This document shows, one piece after another, positions 10,641 through 20,733 of a stretch of 64,000 nt of DNA. The DNA is from an uncultured bacterium (GTDB lineage Bacteria > SAR324 > NAC60-12). The translations under genes and the position numbers were made by a program. The stretch's first letter is position 1; each line of letters starts with the position of its first letter. The notes under the pieces are model-generated. The model ran no database searches and was not told the origin of the DNA. It was given only the letters and a program-made list of their open reading frames with translations. The DNA is taken from assembly GCA_965662235.1 (NCBI GenBank), contig CBFIGY010000001.1:96001-160000 (forward strand), written 5' to 3'.

Positions 10641-11000
10641 TCAGGATCCTTCTGGAGGGAGGGCGTGTTGACGGATGAGGGCGTCAAGCTCTTCGCTGTA
10701 GTCAAAGCCCCCATCAAAGATGAAGTGCAGGCGGGGGGTGTTGCGCGTTTTCAGCGCCCGGCCCAGCTGAGCACTGAAGAAACCGGAGGCCTTGTTGAGA
10801 GACGCCTCAACCGCTTCATGCCCCTCGCTGGGAAACATGGAGAAGTGGATCTTCGCGAAGCTCGCATCCGGAGCCGCTTCCACACGGGTGATCGTCACCT
10901 TGGCAAACCGCGGATCCTTGCTCTCCCGGAGGATGATCTCCGAGAGCCGCCGATGAATCAGCGCGTTCTTGTTGGTCTTTTTACTGGAAGGCCGGTGCAT
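10641..11000 (-). CDS. rbfA: Ribosome-binding factor A
   Basis: DPRFAKVTITRVEAAPD, RNTPRLHF; between infB and truB. Confidence 0.92.
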   Translation of the reverse strand: MHRPSSKKTNKNALIHRRLSEIILRESKDPRFAKVTITRVEAAPDASFAKIHFSMFPSEGHEAVEASLNKASGFFSAQLGRALKTRNTPRLHFIFDGGFDYSEELDALIRQHALPPEGS

Positions 11001-11001
11001 G

Positions 11002-13695
11002 TCAGAGCTTGGCGGCTTCTTCAACACGTTCAAAGACCTCGACCACGTCTCCAACCTGAATCTCAGGGAAGTCCATGACGATGCCGCACTCGTAGTTCTG
11101 AGCCACCTCACGGACGTCGTCCTTGAAGCGCTTCAGAGAGGCAATGTGCCCATTGTACACCACCTTCTCGTTGCGGAGCACCCGGGCCAGGCCGTTTCGC
11201 GTGATCTTTCCATCCGTGACCAGACCCCCGAAGACCATGCCCTGCTTGGCGGTGCTGAAGATCGCCCGGATCTCGCAGTGCCCAAGGACCTGCTCACGAA
11301 TTTCGGGTGCCAGCAAGCCTTCCATTGCGGCCCGGACGTCATCAATGGCGTCGTAGATCACATTGTAAAGGCGGACATCGACCCCTTCGCGGGACTTGGA
11401 TTCCTTGCCTTTGGCATCTAGGTTGACGTTGAAACCAATGATGATGGCATCTGACGCCGACGCTAGGGTCACATCCGTCTCCGTGACGTTGCCGACTCCG
11501 GAGTGGATGAAGCGGACGGTCACCTTCTCAGTGGAGAGCTGAGAGATCGCGTTCTGGAGGGCTTCGGCAGAACCCTGAACGTCGGCTTTGACCACCACCT
11601 TCAGCTCGAGCTGCTCGTTTTCCCCCATCTGCGTAAACAGGTTCTCCAAGGTGGTCTTCTGCTGAGCGGTGATCGCCTGCTCCCGCTGACGCTGCTGACG
11701 TTCATCAGCCAACTGGCGAGCCGCTTTTTCGTCGTCTAGGACCACAAACTGCTCCCCGACTTCCGGAACCTCATTCAGGCCCGAAATTTCAGCAGGCAGC
11801 GCAGGCGTTACTTCCTTCACCGACTTGCCTCGGTCGTTGAACATCGCCCGGACCCGTCCGTACGTGCCACCGACCACAAAGAAGTCACCCACCTTCAAGG
11901 TGCCACGCTGCACCAAAACGGTTGCCACTGCGCCCTGTCCCCGGCTGATGCGGGACTCCACAATGGTGCCACGCGCGTTGCCTTTTGGAGTGGACGTTAG
12001 CTCCAGCACCTCGGCCTGTAGCTGAATCATCTCCAGCAGGTTGTCGATGCCGTCTCCCGTTTTGGCAGAAACGTTCACAAAGATGGTGCTGCCTCCGTAC
12101 TCTTCCGGAACCAGCTCGTGCGAGAGCAGTTCCTGACGGATGCGGTTCGGGTCCGCTTCCGGACGGTCCACTTTGTTGACGGCCACAATGATGGGCACGT
12201 CTGCCGCTTTGGCGTGGTTGATGGCCTCAATGGTCTGAGGCTGCACCCGGTCATCCGCCGCCACAACCAAGACCACTAGGTCCGTTACCGTTGCCCCGCG
12301 TGCCCGCATGGCCGAGAACGCCTGGTGCCCCGGGGTGTCTAGGAAGGTGATGTTGAAGCCACCGGCCTCCACGTGATACGCCCCAATGTGCTGGGTGATG
12401 CCACCGGCCTCGCGGTCAGCAATCTGAGTGGAACGGATGGTGTCCAAGAGGGAGGTCTTTCCGTGGTCGACGTGTCCCATGATGGTCACAATCGGTGCCC
12501 GGGACTCCATCTCGCCTTCTTCCGGCTGTTCCTCCTTCACAAGGTCTTCCAGCTCAAAGGCCTCAAACTCGACGTCAATGCCACATTCGGCTGCCAGCAG
12601 AACCGCGGTTTCTCCCGGAATGTTCTGATTGACCGTTGCCATGACGCCCATGGCCATGAGCTTCTTGATCAGTTCCGTCGCCTTGACGCCCAGCAGTCCA
12701 GCCAGCTCGGAGAGCGTGACCTGATTGCCGATCTTGATGCTCTTGCGACGTGGATTAAAGGTATGCTTTGGCGTGTCATCCACGTCAATGCCTCCGCGAC
12801 GAGCCTTTCCGGAACGTCCCCGGTCCTTCCGACGCCGGCGCTGGCTGTCGCCTTCATCACTGGAGTAGTAATCGCGGAACGGACGCTTCTTGTCCCCAGG
12901 CTTCTTGGCGTTGGACTTGACGTCCTCCTCGCTCTCGAGGTCCATCTTCTCGCGGTCCGGCTTTCCTGATTTACGATCCGGCCGAGCCGCTGGCTTGGCA
13001 TCTCGTTTGTCGGCACGACCCTTTGCTTCTGCAGCCGGTTCTGCTTTTGCCGCAGGCGCTGCAGCCGGCTTGGCCTTGGCTTTTGGCTCCGCTTTTGGAG
13101 CTTCTGGGGCCGGAGCTTCCACTTTTGCCGCAGGAGCTGGCGCAGGAGGTTCAGGGGTTGGCGCAGGAGGCGGTTCAGCAGGAGCTGCCGCCACTTCAGG
13201 CTCTGGAGTGGCCGGGGCTTCTTCAGCCTCTGTTGCCAGTTCCTTGACCTTCACCTTGACAGGGGCCTCATCTGCAGGCGCTTCTGCCGCTTCTGCTTCA
13301 GCAGGCTCCGGCGTTTCTACAGGGGCTTCGCTTTCCGGATCCACGCTCTTGCGGCGAATGCGACGGGGGCGCTCTTCTTCTCCGAGCTCCTGGACGTTTT
13401 TGGCCGTGACCGTGATGATCCGGGGTTTTTCGCCATCCCCTTCTTCAGCAGGGACCTCAGGCGCAGGCTCGCTGGTGCGCCGTGTCGAGATCACACGACG
13501 GGCAGTCCGCACTTTCGTCGGGGCTGTTTTCTTCTCTGGAGCCGCCATCAGCTTGCGGGCCTGGACCACTTGCTCATCGGTCAGATGATCAAAGGGTTTC
13601 TCAACGGCAATCCCACCCTTGCGGAGCTGCTGGACCATTTGTTTGGCGGGCAGGTTGAACTCTTTGGCCAGCTCAAACACTCGAATTTCCGACAT
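11002..13695 (-). CDS. infB: Translation initiation factor IF-2
   Basis: [36 protein letters not shown]; Pro/Ala/Glu-rich N-terminal linker. Confidence 0.99.
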   Translation of the reverse strand: MSEIRVFELAKEFNLPAKQMVQQLRKGGIAVEKPFDHLTDEQVVQARKLMAAPEKKTAPTKVRTARRVISTRRTSEPAPEVPAEEGDGEKPRIITVTAKNVQELGEEERPRRIRRKSVDPESEAPVETPEPAEAEAAEAPADEAPVKVKVKELATEAEEAPATPEPEVAAAPAEPPPAPTPEPPAPAPAAKVEAPAPEAPKAEPKAKAKPAAAPAAKAEPAAEAKGRADKRDAKPAARPDRKSGKPDREKMDLESEEDVKSNAKKPGDKKRPFRDYYSSDEGDSQRRRRKDRGRSGKARRGGIDVDDTPKHTFNPRRKSIKIGNQVTLSELAGLLGVKATELIKKLMAMGVMATVNQNIPGETAVLLAAECGIDVEFEAFELEDLVKEEQPEEGEMESRAPIVTIMGHVDHGKTSLLDTIRSTQIADREAGGITQHIGAYHVEAGGFNITFLDTPGHQAFSAMRARGATVTDLVVLVVAADDRVQPQTIEAINHAKAADVPIIVAVNKVDRPEADPNRIRQELLSHELVPEEYGGSTIFVNVSAKTGDGIDNLLEMIQLQAEVLELTSTPKGNARGTIVESRISRGQGAVATVLVQRGTLKVGDFFVVGGTYGRVRAMFNDRGKSVKEVTPALPAEISGLNEVPEVGEQFVVLDDEKAARQLADERQQRQREQAITAQQKTTLENLFTQMGENEQLELKVVVKADVQGSAEALQNAISQLSTEKVTVRFIHSGVGNVTETDVTLASASDAIIIGFNVNLDAKGKESKSREGVDVRLYNVIYDAIDDVRAAMEGLLAPEIREQVLGHCEIRAIFSTAKQGMVFGGLVTDGKITRNGLARVLRNEKVVYNGHIASLKRFKDDVREVAQNYECGIVMDFPEIQVGDVVEVFERVEEAAKL

Positions 13696-13729
13696 GATAA
13701 ATCAGGCTTGGACTATGGTTGAGCGTGTC

Positions 13730-15067
13730 TCAGTCTGCTGAGGTCGCTTGAATGGCTTCAGAATCCGTCGCATCTGAAGGGTCGGTCTCAGACACCTGAG
13801 GGGCATCCGTCTCATCGGTGGCATCCACGGCAGCCGACTCAGACTCAGACGGCTGAAGCTCGTCTGCGCCAGCTTCCGGTTCAGGCGACGGAGTGTCCTC
13901 CCCAGCAGGGGCCTCTTCCACCGGTGGCGTGTCGTCCATGGCAGGAGCCGTCGACTCGCTCGGCAGGGTTTCTTCTCGAGCCCGGGCGGCTCCCAGTTGC
14001 TGGCGGATCTGTTCCTCAATCGTCAGCTTCTCCTGTTCCGACGAGGTCACATTGATCTTGTAGCCCACCAGCTTGGACGCCAAACGAACGTTGACGCCTT
14101 GGCGGCCGATGGCCAGAGACAGCTGACTCGGGTCCACGACCACATGAATCTCACGTTCTTCCTCAAGGATCTCCATGGACTCGACTTCAGCAGGAGCCAA
14201 GGCGTTCCGGGCATAGGTGTCAATGTCGTCGCTCCAGCGCACAATGTCGACCTTCTCGCCGTGCAGTTCACTAACGATGGCCTGCACCCGGGCGCCTCGC
14301 AGGCCCACACATGCGCCAACAGGGTCAATGTCTTCATCGTTGGTGAAGACCGAAATCTTTGCGCGCTTCCCTGGCTCCCGGGCAGAGTGAATGATTTCCA
14401 CCACTCCGTCAAAGATCTCCGGAACTTCCATCTCAAACAGCTTCACCAGCATGCCGGGGTGCGTCCGGGAGACCGTCAGCTGCGAAGCCTTCTGCGGGTT
14501 GTTGTTGACGTCCAGCAGCAGCACCCGGATGTGATCGCCCTGCGAAAAGCGCTCCCCTGGAATCTGCTCCCGCTTGAAGAGGTAGGCCTCGGTCCGGTTG
14601 AGGAAGTTGATGGCAATCCGCCCGTTGGATTCCGTCCGCTGCACGGTTCCGGTGATGATCTCTCCCTTACGCTTGCTGAACGTCTCCACCACCATGTCGC
14701 GCTCGGCGTCCCGGATGTTGGAGAAGATGAACTGACGGGCAGAACGGGCAATCCGCTCCAGTTCCCGCTCCGGGATCTCGCACTCCACCTCGTCTCCAGG
14801 CTGAGCCTCTGGGTCCATTTCCTGAGCGTCTTCCAGAGCAATTTCGTTGTGCCGGTCTTCGACAACATCCACGACTTCCTTGAAGTGAAACAGCTCGATC
14901 TGCCCCGTCTTGGGATGGATGCGTCCCTCAATGGCAAGGTAGGGGAGTTTCTTCCGAGCGGCCTCCACCAAGGACTCTTCGAGCACGTGCGTCACGACTT
15001 CTCGATCGAGTCCTTTTTCCTTGGAAACTTCGTTGATGATGTCTAACAGGTTATCTTTCAAGGCCAA
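13730..15067 (-). CDS. nusA: Transcription termination/antitermination factor NusA
   Basis: LFEMEVPEI, AREPGKRAKI, DPVGACVG, SLAIGRQGVNVRLASKL; acidic low-complexity tail; TTG start after GAGG. Confidence 0.98.
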   Translation of the reverse strand: MALKDNLLDIINEVSKEKGLDREVVTHVLEESLVEAARKKLPYLAIEGRIHPKTGQIELFHFKEVVDVVEDRHNEIALEDAQEMDPEAQPGDEVECEIPERELERIARSARQFIFSNIRDAERDMVVETFSKRKGEIITGTVQRTESNGRIAINFLNRTEAYLFKREQIPGERFSQGDHIRVLLLDVNNNPQKASQLTVSRTHPGMLVKLFEMEVPEIFDGVVEIIHSAREPGKRAKISVFTNDEDIDPVGACVGLRGARVQAIVSELHGEKVDIVRWSDDIDTYARNALAPAEVESMEILEEEREIHVVVDPSQLSLAIGRQGVNVRLASKLVGYKINVTSSEQEKLTIEEQIRQQLGAARAREETLPSESTAPAMDDTPPVEEAPAGEDTPSPEPEAGADELQPSESESAAVDATDETDAPQVSETDPSDATDSEAIQATSAD

Positions 15068-15082
15068 CCTCGTTATTTGGGA

Positions 15083-15550
15083 CTAAAATGGTAGCTTCGG
15101 ATCCAGTCTCGCCTTGGAGATGGCCTCGAAGGGAATGCGAATGTGTGTGCCGTCAGGTTCAAGGGCGACCTCAATGCCGGTGGCGTCGCAGGACGCCAGG
15201 GTGCCTCCTCCCTTGCGAATCCCCTCCGTTTCTTGACGGAGGCGGAACCGAATGCGCTGTCCCTGGAAACGGTCGAAGTGCTCGCGGCGTGTGAGCGGAC
15301 GGAAGATTCCGGGAGAGGAGACTTCCAGGCGGTAGGCTTCTGGAATCGGGTCCCGCTCATCCAGCAGGGGTTGAACTGCATCATTGACTGCGACACAATC
15401 CTCAAGGCGGATCCCCGCCGGATGATCAATCAGCAGTCGGAGCACCCGACCTTTGCCTTCTTTTTGAAATTCAACCTCCAGCAACTCGAAACCCGCCTGG
15501 GTGACCAGGGGTTCCAACAGCTCGTGGAGGGCACCTTGTGTGATTGCCAT
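15083..15550 (-). CDS. rimP: Ribosome maturation factor RimP
   Basis: YRLEVSSPGIFRPL; first gene of the nusA-infB operon. Confidence 0.96.
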   Translation of the reverse strand: MAITQGALHELLEPLVTQAGFELLEVEFQKEGKGRVLRLLIDHPAGIRLEDCVAVNDAVQPLLDERDPIPEAYRLEVSSPGIFRPLTRREHFDRFQGQRIRFRLRQETEGIRKGGGTLASCDATGIEVALEPDGTHIRIPFEAISKARLDPKLPF

Positions 15551-15807
15551 GGGTCCGGAACCGGGATTTGCGGCCCCGCAGTAGATTTGGCGAAATACGA
15601 CAAACGATCTTTATACCATACTTTTCCTCAGTTTGTCGATGATTTTTTCCGCTTAACTCCAGTGATTCCTTAGGGGTTTCCCCCTTAAACCAGCCCTCGG
15701 TGAGGGTTGCGCTTGCAAAAAATCGGTGTCTGACGGAAAGATACTCTTGGGAACCCACTGACTTGGATTCCATCTGCTTCCCTGACGCCTATGATTTAAG
15801 GAGATTC

Positions 15808-16728
15808 ATGAGACACCTGCTGACCCTACTGGACTGGACCCCAGAAGAACTGACCCAAAACCTGTCCCTGGCAGCAGAGCTCAAGCAGGGCGTCCGGGTC
15901 CGGGAGTTCCCCAAGCTGCTGGCGGACAAGCAGTACGCCTTGATCTTCCACAAGAATTCCTTGCGGACCCGGGTTTCCTTTGAGGTGGGCATTCGGCAGC
16001 TCGGGGGAGAATCCATGGTCCTCACGGAGCAGGACTTCAAGCTGGGGGAACGCGAATCCATTGCCGATGTAGCCCGGGTGCTGTCGCGTTACGTCGATGG
16101 AATCCTCATCCGGACCTACCACCATGAGGCTGTGCAGGAGTTGGCCCACTATGCTCAGGTGCCGGTGGTAAACATGCTCACCGACTTCAGTCATCCCTGT
16201 CAGATCCTTGCAGACGCTCTCACCATTATGGAGCACCGGGGCGCTCTGGAGCACACCAAGGTCGCCTACCTCGGAGACGGCAACAACGTCACCAACTCCT
16301 GGATCAACCTCGCGGCCCGCGTACCTCTGGACCTGCGAATCGGTACCTCTCCTCAAACCGAACCCGACCCGAAGCTGATGGAACAGGCCCGAAGCGCCGG
16401 ACTTTCCAAAATTGAAGTCTTCCACCGAGCAGAAGAAGCTGTGGAAGGCGCAGACGTGCTCTACACAGACGTCTGGGCCAGCATGGGAGAGAAGGAAAAA
16501 ACCGAGGAGCGCCGAGCCCTGCTCAGGGATTTCCAAATCAATGCAAACCTGCTAGGATACGCTGCATCAAACGCCTTGGTGATGCACTGCCTGCCAGCAG
16601 AGCGCGGAGTCGAAATCACCGATGAGGTCCTCGACGGTCCTCACTCCGTGATTCTGGACCAAGCGGAAAATCGCCTTCACGCCCAAAAGGCGGTGCTGGT
16701 GCAGCTCGATCGCTGGCACAGCGCCTGA
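15808..16728 (+). CDS. argF: Ornithine carbamoyltransferase
   Basis: SLRTRVSFE, HPCQILAD, GDGNN, DVWASMG, HCLPAERG, QAENRLH; AAGGAG SD. Confidence 0.93.
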   Translation: MRHLLTLLDWTPEELTQNLSLAAELKQGVRVREFPKLLADKQYALIFHKNSLRTRVSFEVGIRQLGGESMVLTEQDFKLGERESIADVARVLSRYVDGILIRTYHHEAVQELAHYAQVPVVNMLTDFSHPCQILADALTIMEHRGALEHTKVAYLGDGNNVTNSWINLAARVPLDLRIGTSPQTEPDPKLMEQARSAGLSKIEVFHRAEEAVEGADVLYTDVWASMGEKEKTEERRALLRDFQINANLLGYAASNALVMHCLPAERGVEITDEVLDGPHSVILDQAENRLHAQKAVLVQLDRWHSA

Positions 16729-16779
16729 CGTCACCCCGTTTGTTTGCCTCCCCCCATCCTCTCGAGACAGAAAGGAAAA

Positions 16780-18069
16780 ATGAGCGAAACCGCAATTTTG
16801 CAACTCCCGGGTCAAACCATTGAGCTGCCCATCCTGACCGGGACTGAAAACGAAAAAGCTCTCGATATTTCAAAGCTCCGGGCTGAGTCGGGCTACATCA
16901 CGCTGGACACGGGCTTCATGAATACCGGCGCCTGCCAGAGCGCCATCACCTTCCTGGACGGAGAGAGAGGCATCCTGCGTTACCGCGGATACCCCATTGA
17001 GCAGCTGGCCGAAAAATCGACCTTTGTCGAGGTGGCCTACCTGCTCATCTACGGCGAGTTGCCGAACGAGACGCAGCTCTCGAACTTCTCTCAGCTGCTG
17101 ACCCAGCACTCCCTCATCCATGAGGACATGCGGCACTTCTTTGAAGGCTTCTCCCGCAACACGCACCCCATGGTCATCCTCTCAGCAATGGTCTCCTCGC
17201 TGTCCGCCTACTACTCGGAAGCAAGCGGGCGAGCCTCCGTGAGGAACCTAGACATCAACACCGCTCGGCTCCTAGCCAAGATCCGCACCATTGCCGCCTT
17301 CTCTTACAAGAAGAGCATCGGCCAGCCGTTTGTCTATCCGCAGGACCGGCTTCCCTACGTCGCCAACTTCCTGAACATGATGTTCAGCGTTCCGGCCGAG
17401 GACTACGAAATTGATCCGGAGGTCGTCAAGGCCCTGGACCTGCTCCTCATCCTGCACGCGGATCACGAGCAGAACTGCTCAGCCTCCACGGTCCGGGTCG
17501 TGGGCAGCAGCATGGCTAACGTTTATGCCTCAGTCGCCTCTGGCATCCTTGCCCTCTGGGGACCGCTGCACGGCGGTGCAAACCAGGCGGTGCTGGAAAT
17601 GCTTTCCACCATCCACCGAGACGGCGGAGACGTTTCCAAGTTCGTCAAACTGGCCAAGGACCCAGACTCCGACTTCCGCCTGATGGGCTTTGGGCACCGG
17701 GTTTACAAGAACTACGACCCACGCGCCAAGATCATCAAAGGCGCCTGCGACAACGTCCTCCGTCGCCTAGGCGTCAACGATCCCCTCCTCGACATCGCCC
17801 GGCAACTGGAAGAGGTGGCGCTCTCCGATCCGTACTTCGTGGACCGGAAGCTCTACCCGAATGTCGATTTTTACAGCGGCATCATCTATCGCGCCATTGG
17901 CATCCCGGAGAACATGTTCACGGTGATGTTCGCCTTGGGCCGCATCCCGGGCTGGATCGCCCAGTGGAAGGAAATGCACGAGGATCCGCGCACAAAAATT
18001 TCCCGCCCCCGCCAGCTCTACACCGGGGCCACTTCCCGGGATTATGTCCCCCTGTCTCAGCGTGACTGA
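16780..18069 (+). CDS. gltA: Citrate synthase (type II/hexameric-like)
   Basis: LHADHEQNCS, LWGPLHGGAN, LMGFGHRVYKNYDPRA, YPNVDFYSG. Confidence 0.98.
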   Translation: MSETAILQLPGQTIELPILTGTENEKALDISKLRAESGYITLDTGFMNTGACQSAITFLDGERGILRYRGYPIEQLAEKSTFVEVAYLLIYGELPNETQLSNFSQLLTQHSLIHEDMRHFFEGFSRNTHPMVILSAMVSSLSAYYSEASGRASVRNLDINTARLLAKIRTIAAFSYKKSIGQPFVYPQDRLPYVANFLNMMFSVPAEDYEIDPEVVKALDLLLILHADHEQNCSASTVRVVGSSMANVYASVASGILALWGPLHGGANQAVLEMLSTIHRDGGDVSKFVKLAKDPDSDFRLMGFGHRVYKNYDPRAKIIKGACDNVLRRLGVNDPLLDIARQLEEVALSDPYFVDRKLYPNVDFYSGIIYRAIGIPENMFTVMFALGRIPGWIAQWKEMHEDPRTKISRPRQLYTGATSRDYVPLSQRD

Positions 18070-18092
18070 GTTACCCTAGAACGCTAATTGCA

Positions 18093-18130
18093 TTCCGGAG
18101 TCTTCTGAACTGAAATCAGGGATTCCGGAA
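18093..18130 (+). terminator. Stem-loop between gltA and fliM (no U tract, so it may be a stabiliser instead)
   Basis: TTCCGGAGTCTTCTGA...TCAGGGATTCCGGAA imperfect inverted repeat. Confidence 0.4.
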
Positions 18131-18178
18131 CCCGTTCCTCCATCCCCGAACCAGCATCATAACTGAGGAGAACATCCG

Positions 18179-19192
18179 ATGGGCTCGGTACTATCACAAG
18201 GTGAGGTTGACGCACTGCTTCGTGGCGTCGCAGGAGATGACATTCCTGTTGAGGAGGACGACGACGATGATGAGTATGACCCGAATGAGGTGGTGCCCTT
18301 TGACCTAACGGCTCAAGACCGCATCATTCGGGGACGGATGCCCACCCTGGAGATCATCCACGACCGCTTCGTCCGCCTGTTCCGGCTGACGCTGTCAAAC
18401 GCGCTGCGGAAGGTGGTGGACATCAGTGTGCGCTCCACCGAGTTGATCAAGTTCGGCGAGTTCCTCAAGACCCTGCCGGTGCCTTCGTCCATGAACCTCT
18501 TCCGCATGACTCCCTTGCGGGGGAACGCGATCATGGTGTTGGAAACACGGCTGGTCTTCACCCTCATCGACCTCTTCTTTGGCGGAACCGGAGAACTCGA
18601 GGTCAAGGCGGAAGGACGGGACTTCACCGAAATCGAATCCCGCATGATCAAGCGGGTCGTCATCAGTGCGCTGGAAGACCTCCAGACCTCCTGGCGGCCG
18701 GTCTTCCCGGTGCAGATCAACTACACCCGCTCCGAGGTCAACCCACAGTTCGTGGCCATTGTCCCGCACAGCGAGATCGTCATTGTGGTCACCTTCGACG
18801 TTGAGATCGGACGGGCCCCGATGTCCATCACGCTCTGTGTTCCCTACTCAATGATTGAGCCCATCCGGACCCGCCTCAACGCGGGCTTCCAGAGTGAGCA
18901 AGACGAGAAGGACAACACCTGGAGCAACCGTTTCAAGCAGAACCTCAGCCACACCTCGGTGGAAGTCGTTGCGCAGCTGGGCACCACCCAGATCAGCATC
19001 AAGGACTTCTTGGAGCTTCAGGTGGGCAACATGCTGTACCTAGAACATGAGGTCCGGCACCCCATCGATGTCAACGTCAACGGCGTCCGGAAGTTCACCG
19101 GCTTCCAGGGGGCCTACAAGGGCAAGAAGGCGATCAACATCCAAGAGCTGATCTACGTGCCGCCCTCTGTGGACGAAATCCTCTCACAATAA
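18179..19192 (+). CDS. fliM: Flagellar motor switch protein FliM
   Basis: N-terminal CheY-binding LSQGEVDALL, RIIRGRMPTLEII, GRDFTEIE, SEVNPQF, C-terminal SpoA domain; GAGGAG SD. Confidence 0.96.
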   Translation: MGSVLSQGEVDALLRGVAGDDIPVEEDDDDDEYDPNEVVPFDLTAQDRIIRGRMPTLEIIHDRFVRLFRLTLSNALRKVVDISVRSTELIKFGEFLKTLPVPSSMNLFRMTPLRGNAIMVLETRLVFTLIDLFFGGTGELEVKAEGRDFTEIESRMIKRVVISALEDLQTSWRPVFPVQINYTRSEVNPQFVAIVPHSEIVIVVTFDVEIGRAPMSITLCVPYSMIEPIRTRLNAGFQSEQDEKDNTWSNRFKQNLSHTSVEVVAQLGTTQISIKDFLELQVGNMLYLEHEVRHPIDVNVNGVRKFTGFQGAYKGKKAINIQELIYVPPSVDEILSQ

Positions 19193-19234
19193 AGCCGTCA
19201 GGCGGGGGCCTCTGCCCCTCCCTGTCGCCTGCCT

Positions 19235-20587
19235 TTGCTGCAACCGAACCCATTGGAATCACTTCATCTTGAAATCACCGGACTGACGGACCAAGGCGAC
19301 GGCATTGGGCGCCTTCCGGAAGGCTGGGCGGTTTTTGTCCCCGACACCGCTCCTGGCGAGTTGGTGCATGTCGAGCTGCTGGAGCGGCACAAACGCTTTG
19401 CCCGTGCACGGCTCCTCTCCGTTGAACGTCCGTCTCCCCAACGCATCACCCCTGCCTGTGAGTCCGCGATCGACTGTGGAGGCTGTTCCTGGCAGCACCT
19501 CGGCTACGAAGCGCAGCTGGAGGCCAAGAAGCGTCAGGTGGAAAACGCACTGACCCGCATCGGCAAGTTCCATGGCGTCCGGGTTTCCCCTGTGCTGTCC
19601 ACCGAGCCCTGGGCGTACCGCAACAAGGTTGGCTTCCCGGTTGGGGAAAGCGACCACGGCCTGCAGCTGGGCTACTACCGCAAGGGAAGCCACGACCTCG
19701 TGCCCCTGCAGTCGTGCCCGGCTCAGGACCCTCGTCTGAACACCGCCATGGCACTTGTTCAGGAAGCCCTGCAGCCCCTGAATTGGAGTGCCTGGAACCC
19801 GGAAACCGGACAGGGCACGCTCCGGCATGTGATCCTGCGGGTGGGACGCCGGACCGGCGAGCTGCTCCTGACACTGGTCACCCGACATGAGGTCTTTGGC
19901 GCCATCCGCGAGCAGGCCCCGCAGTGGCTGGAAACCATCCCCGGCCTCAAGGGCGTCTGCCTGAACATCAACGCGCACACCGACCAACGCATCCTCGGCA
20001 ACCGGACAGAGGTTCTTGCTGGGCAGGGTTGGATTGAAGAAGAGTTTGGCGAGTTGCTCTTCCGGATGGGCCCAGAGACCTTCTTTCAGATCCACACGGA
20101 ACAGGCCGAAGCCATGCTCGGTGTCCTCACGGAGCACCTCAAGTTCCGTCCCCATGACTTCCTCCTCGACCTCTACTGCGGCATCGGAACCTTCACCCTT
20201 CCTCTCGCCAAGCAGGTCCGGACGGTGCTCGGGTTGGAGCTTGCCGCAGCCTCTGTGGAACAGGCCCGGGGCAATGCTGCCCGGAACAACGTCACCAACG
20301 TGGAATTCCGGACCGGCCCTGTGGAAAAGACCCTCCGCCGCGTGCAGGAACGTCCGGACGTGGTCTTCCTTGACCCGCCCCGTCAGGGCTGTGCCTCTGG
20401 CGTGATGACGCAGCTGCAGCGCTTGCGTCCCAAAAAAATCGCCTACCTGAGCTGCAACCCGGCCACCCAGGCCCGCGACCTTCAGCTTCTGGGGGAACGG
20501 TACCGCATCAAGCTGGTGCAGCCTGCGGACTTCTTTCCGCACACTCCTCATGTCGAGTGCCTCATCCTGTTGGAACGCACGCCCTGA
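19235..20587 (+). CDS. rlmD: 23S rRNA (uracil-1939-C5)-methyltransferase
   Basis: TRAM domain, C..CGGC Fe-S motif, FFQ, DLYCGIG, LDPPRQG, YLSCNPAT, FFPHTPHVE; TTG start approximate. Confidence 0.92.
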   Translation: MLQPNPLESLHLEITGLTDQGDGIGRLPEGWAVFVPDTAPGELVHVELLERHKRFARARLLSVERPSPQRITPACESAIDCGGCSWQHLGYEAQLEAKKRQVENALTRIGKFHGVRVSPVLSTEPWAYRNKVGFPVGESDHGLQLGYYRKGSHDLVPLQSCPAQDPRLNTAMALVQEALQPLNWSAWNPETGQGTLRHVILRVGRRTGELLLTLVTRHEVFGAIREQAPQWLETIPGLKGVCLNINAHTDQRILGNRTEVLAGQGWIEEEFGELLFRMGPETFFQIHTEQAEAMLGVLTEHLKFRPHDFLLDLYCGIGTFTLPLAKQVRTVLGLELAAASVEQARGNAARNNVTNVEFRTGPVEKTLRRVQERPDVVFLDPPRQGCASGVMTQLQRLRPKKIAYLSCNPATQARDLQLLGERYRIKLVQPADFFPHTPHVECLILLERTP

Positions 20588-20733
20588 CCTCCGTCCTCCG
20601 GACGTCTTCCCGCTTGTAGCTTTTTCGGAACCGCGAGATGCTGAGCCTTTCGCCGTCCCGTGTGGCAAGTCCGCCCTGAACAGCGGACGGTGCCCCCCTG
20701 TTGGCCACCTGATGAACCAAATGAAGGAGTAGC

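Noticed and set aside
13020..13330. Repetitive Pro/Ala/Glu/Lys-coding stretch in infB
   Set aside because: Ordinary low-complexity IF-2 linker, not a DNA repeat array.
15700..15807. N-terminal extensions in the ORF track for argF, and likewise trpS, pntA, rbfA, gltA, lipA, urtA, urtC and others
   Set aside because: Downstream ATGs match family N-termini and often have better SD sequences, so starts were trimmed.
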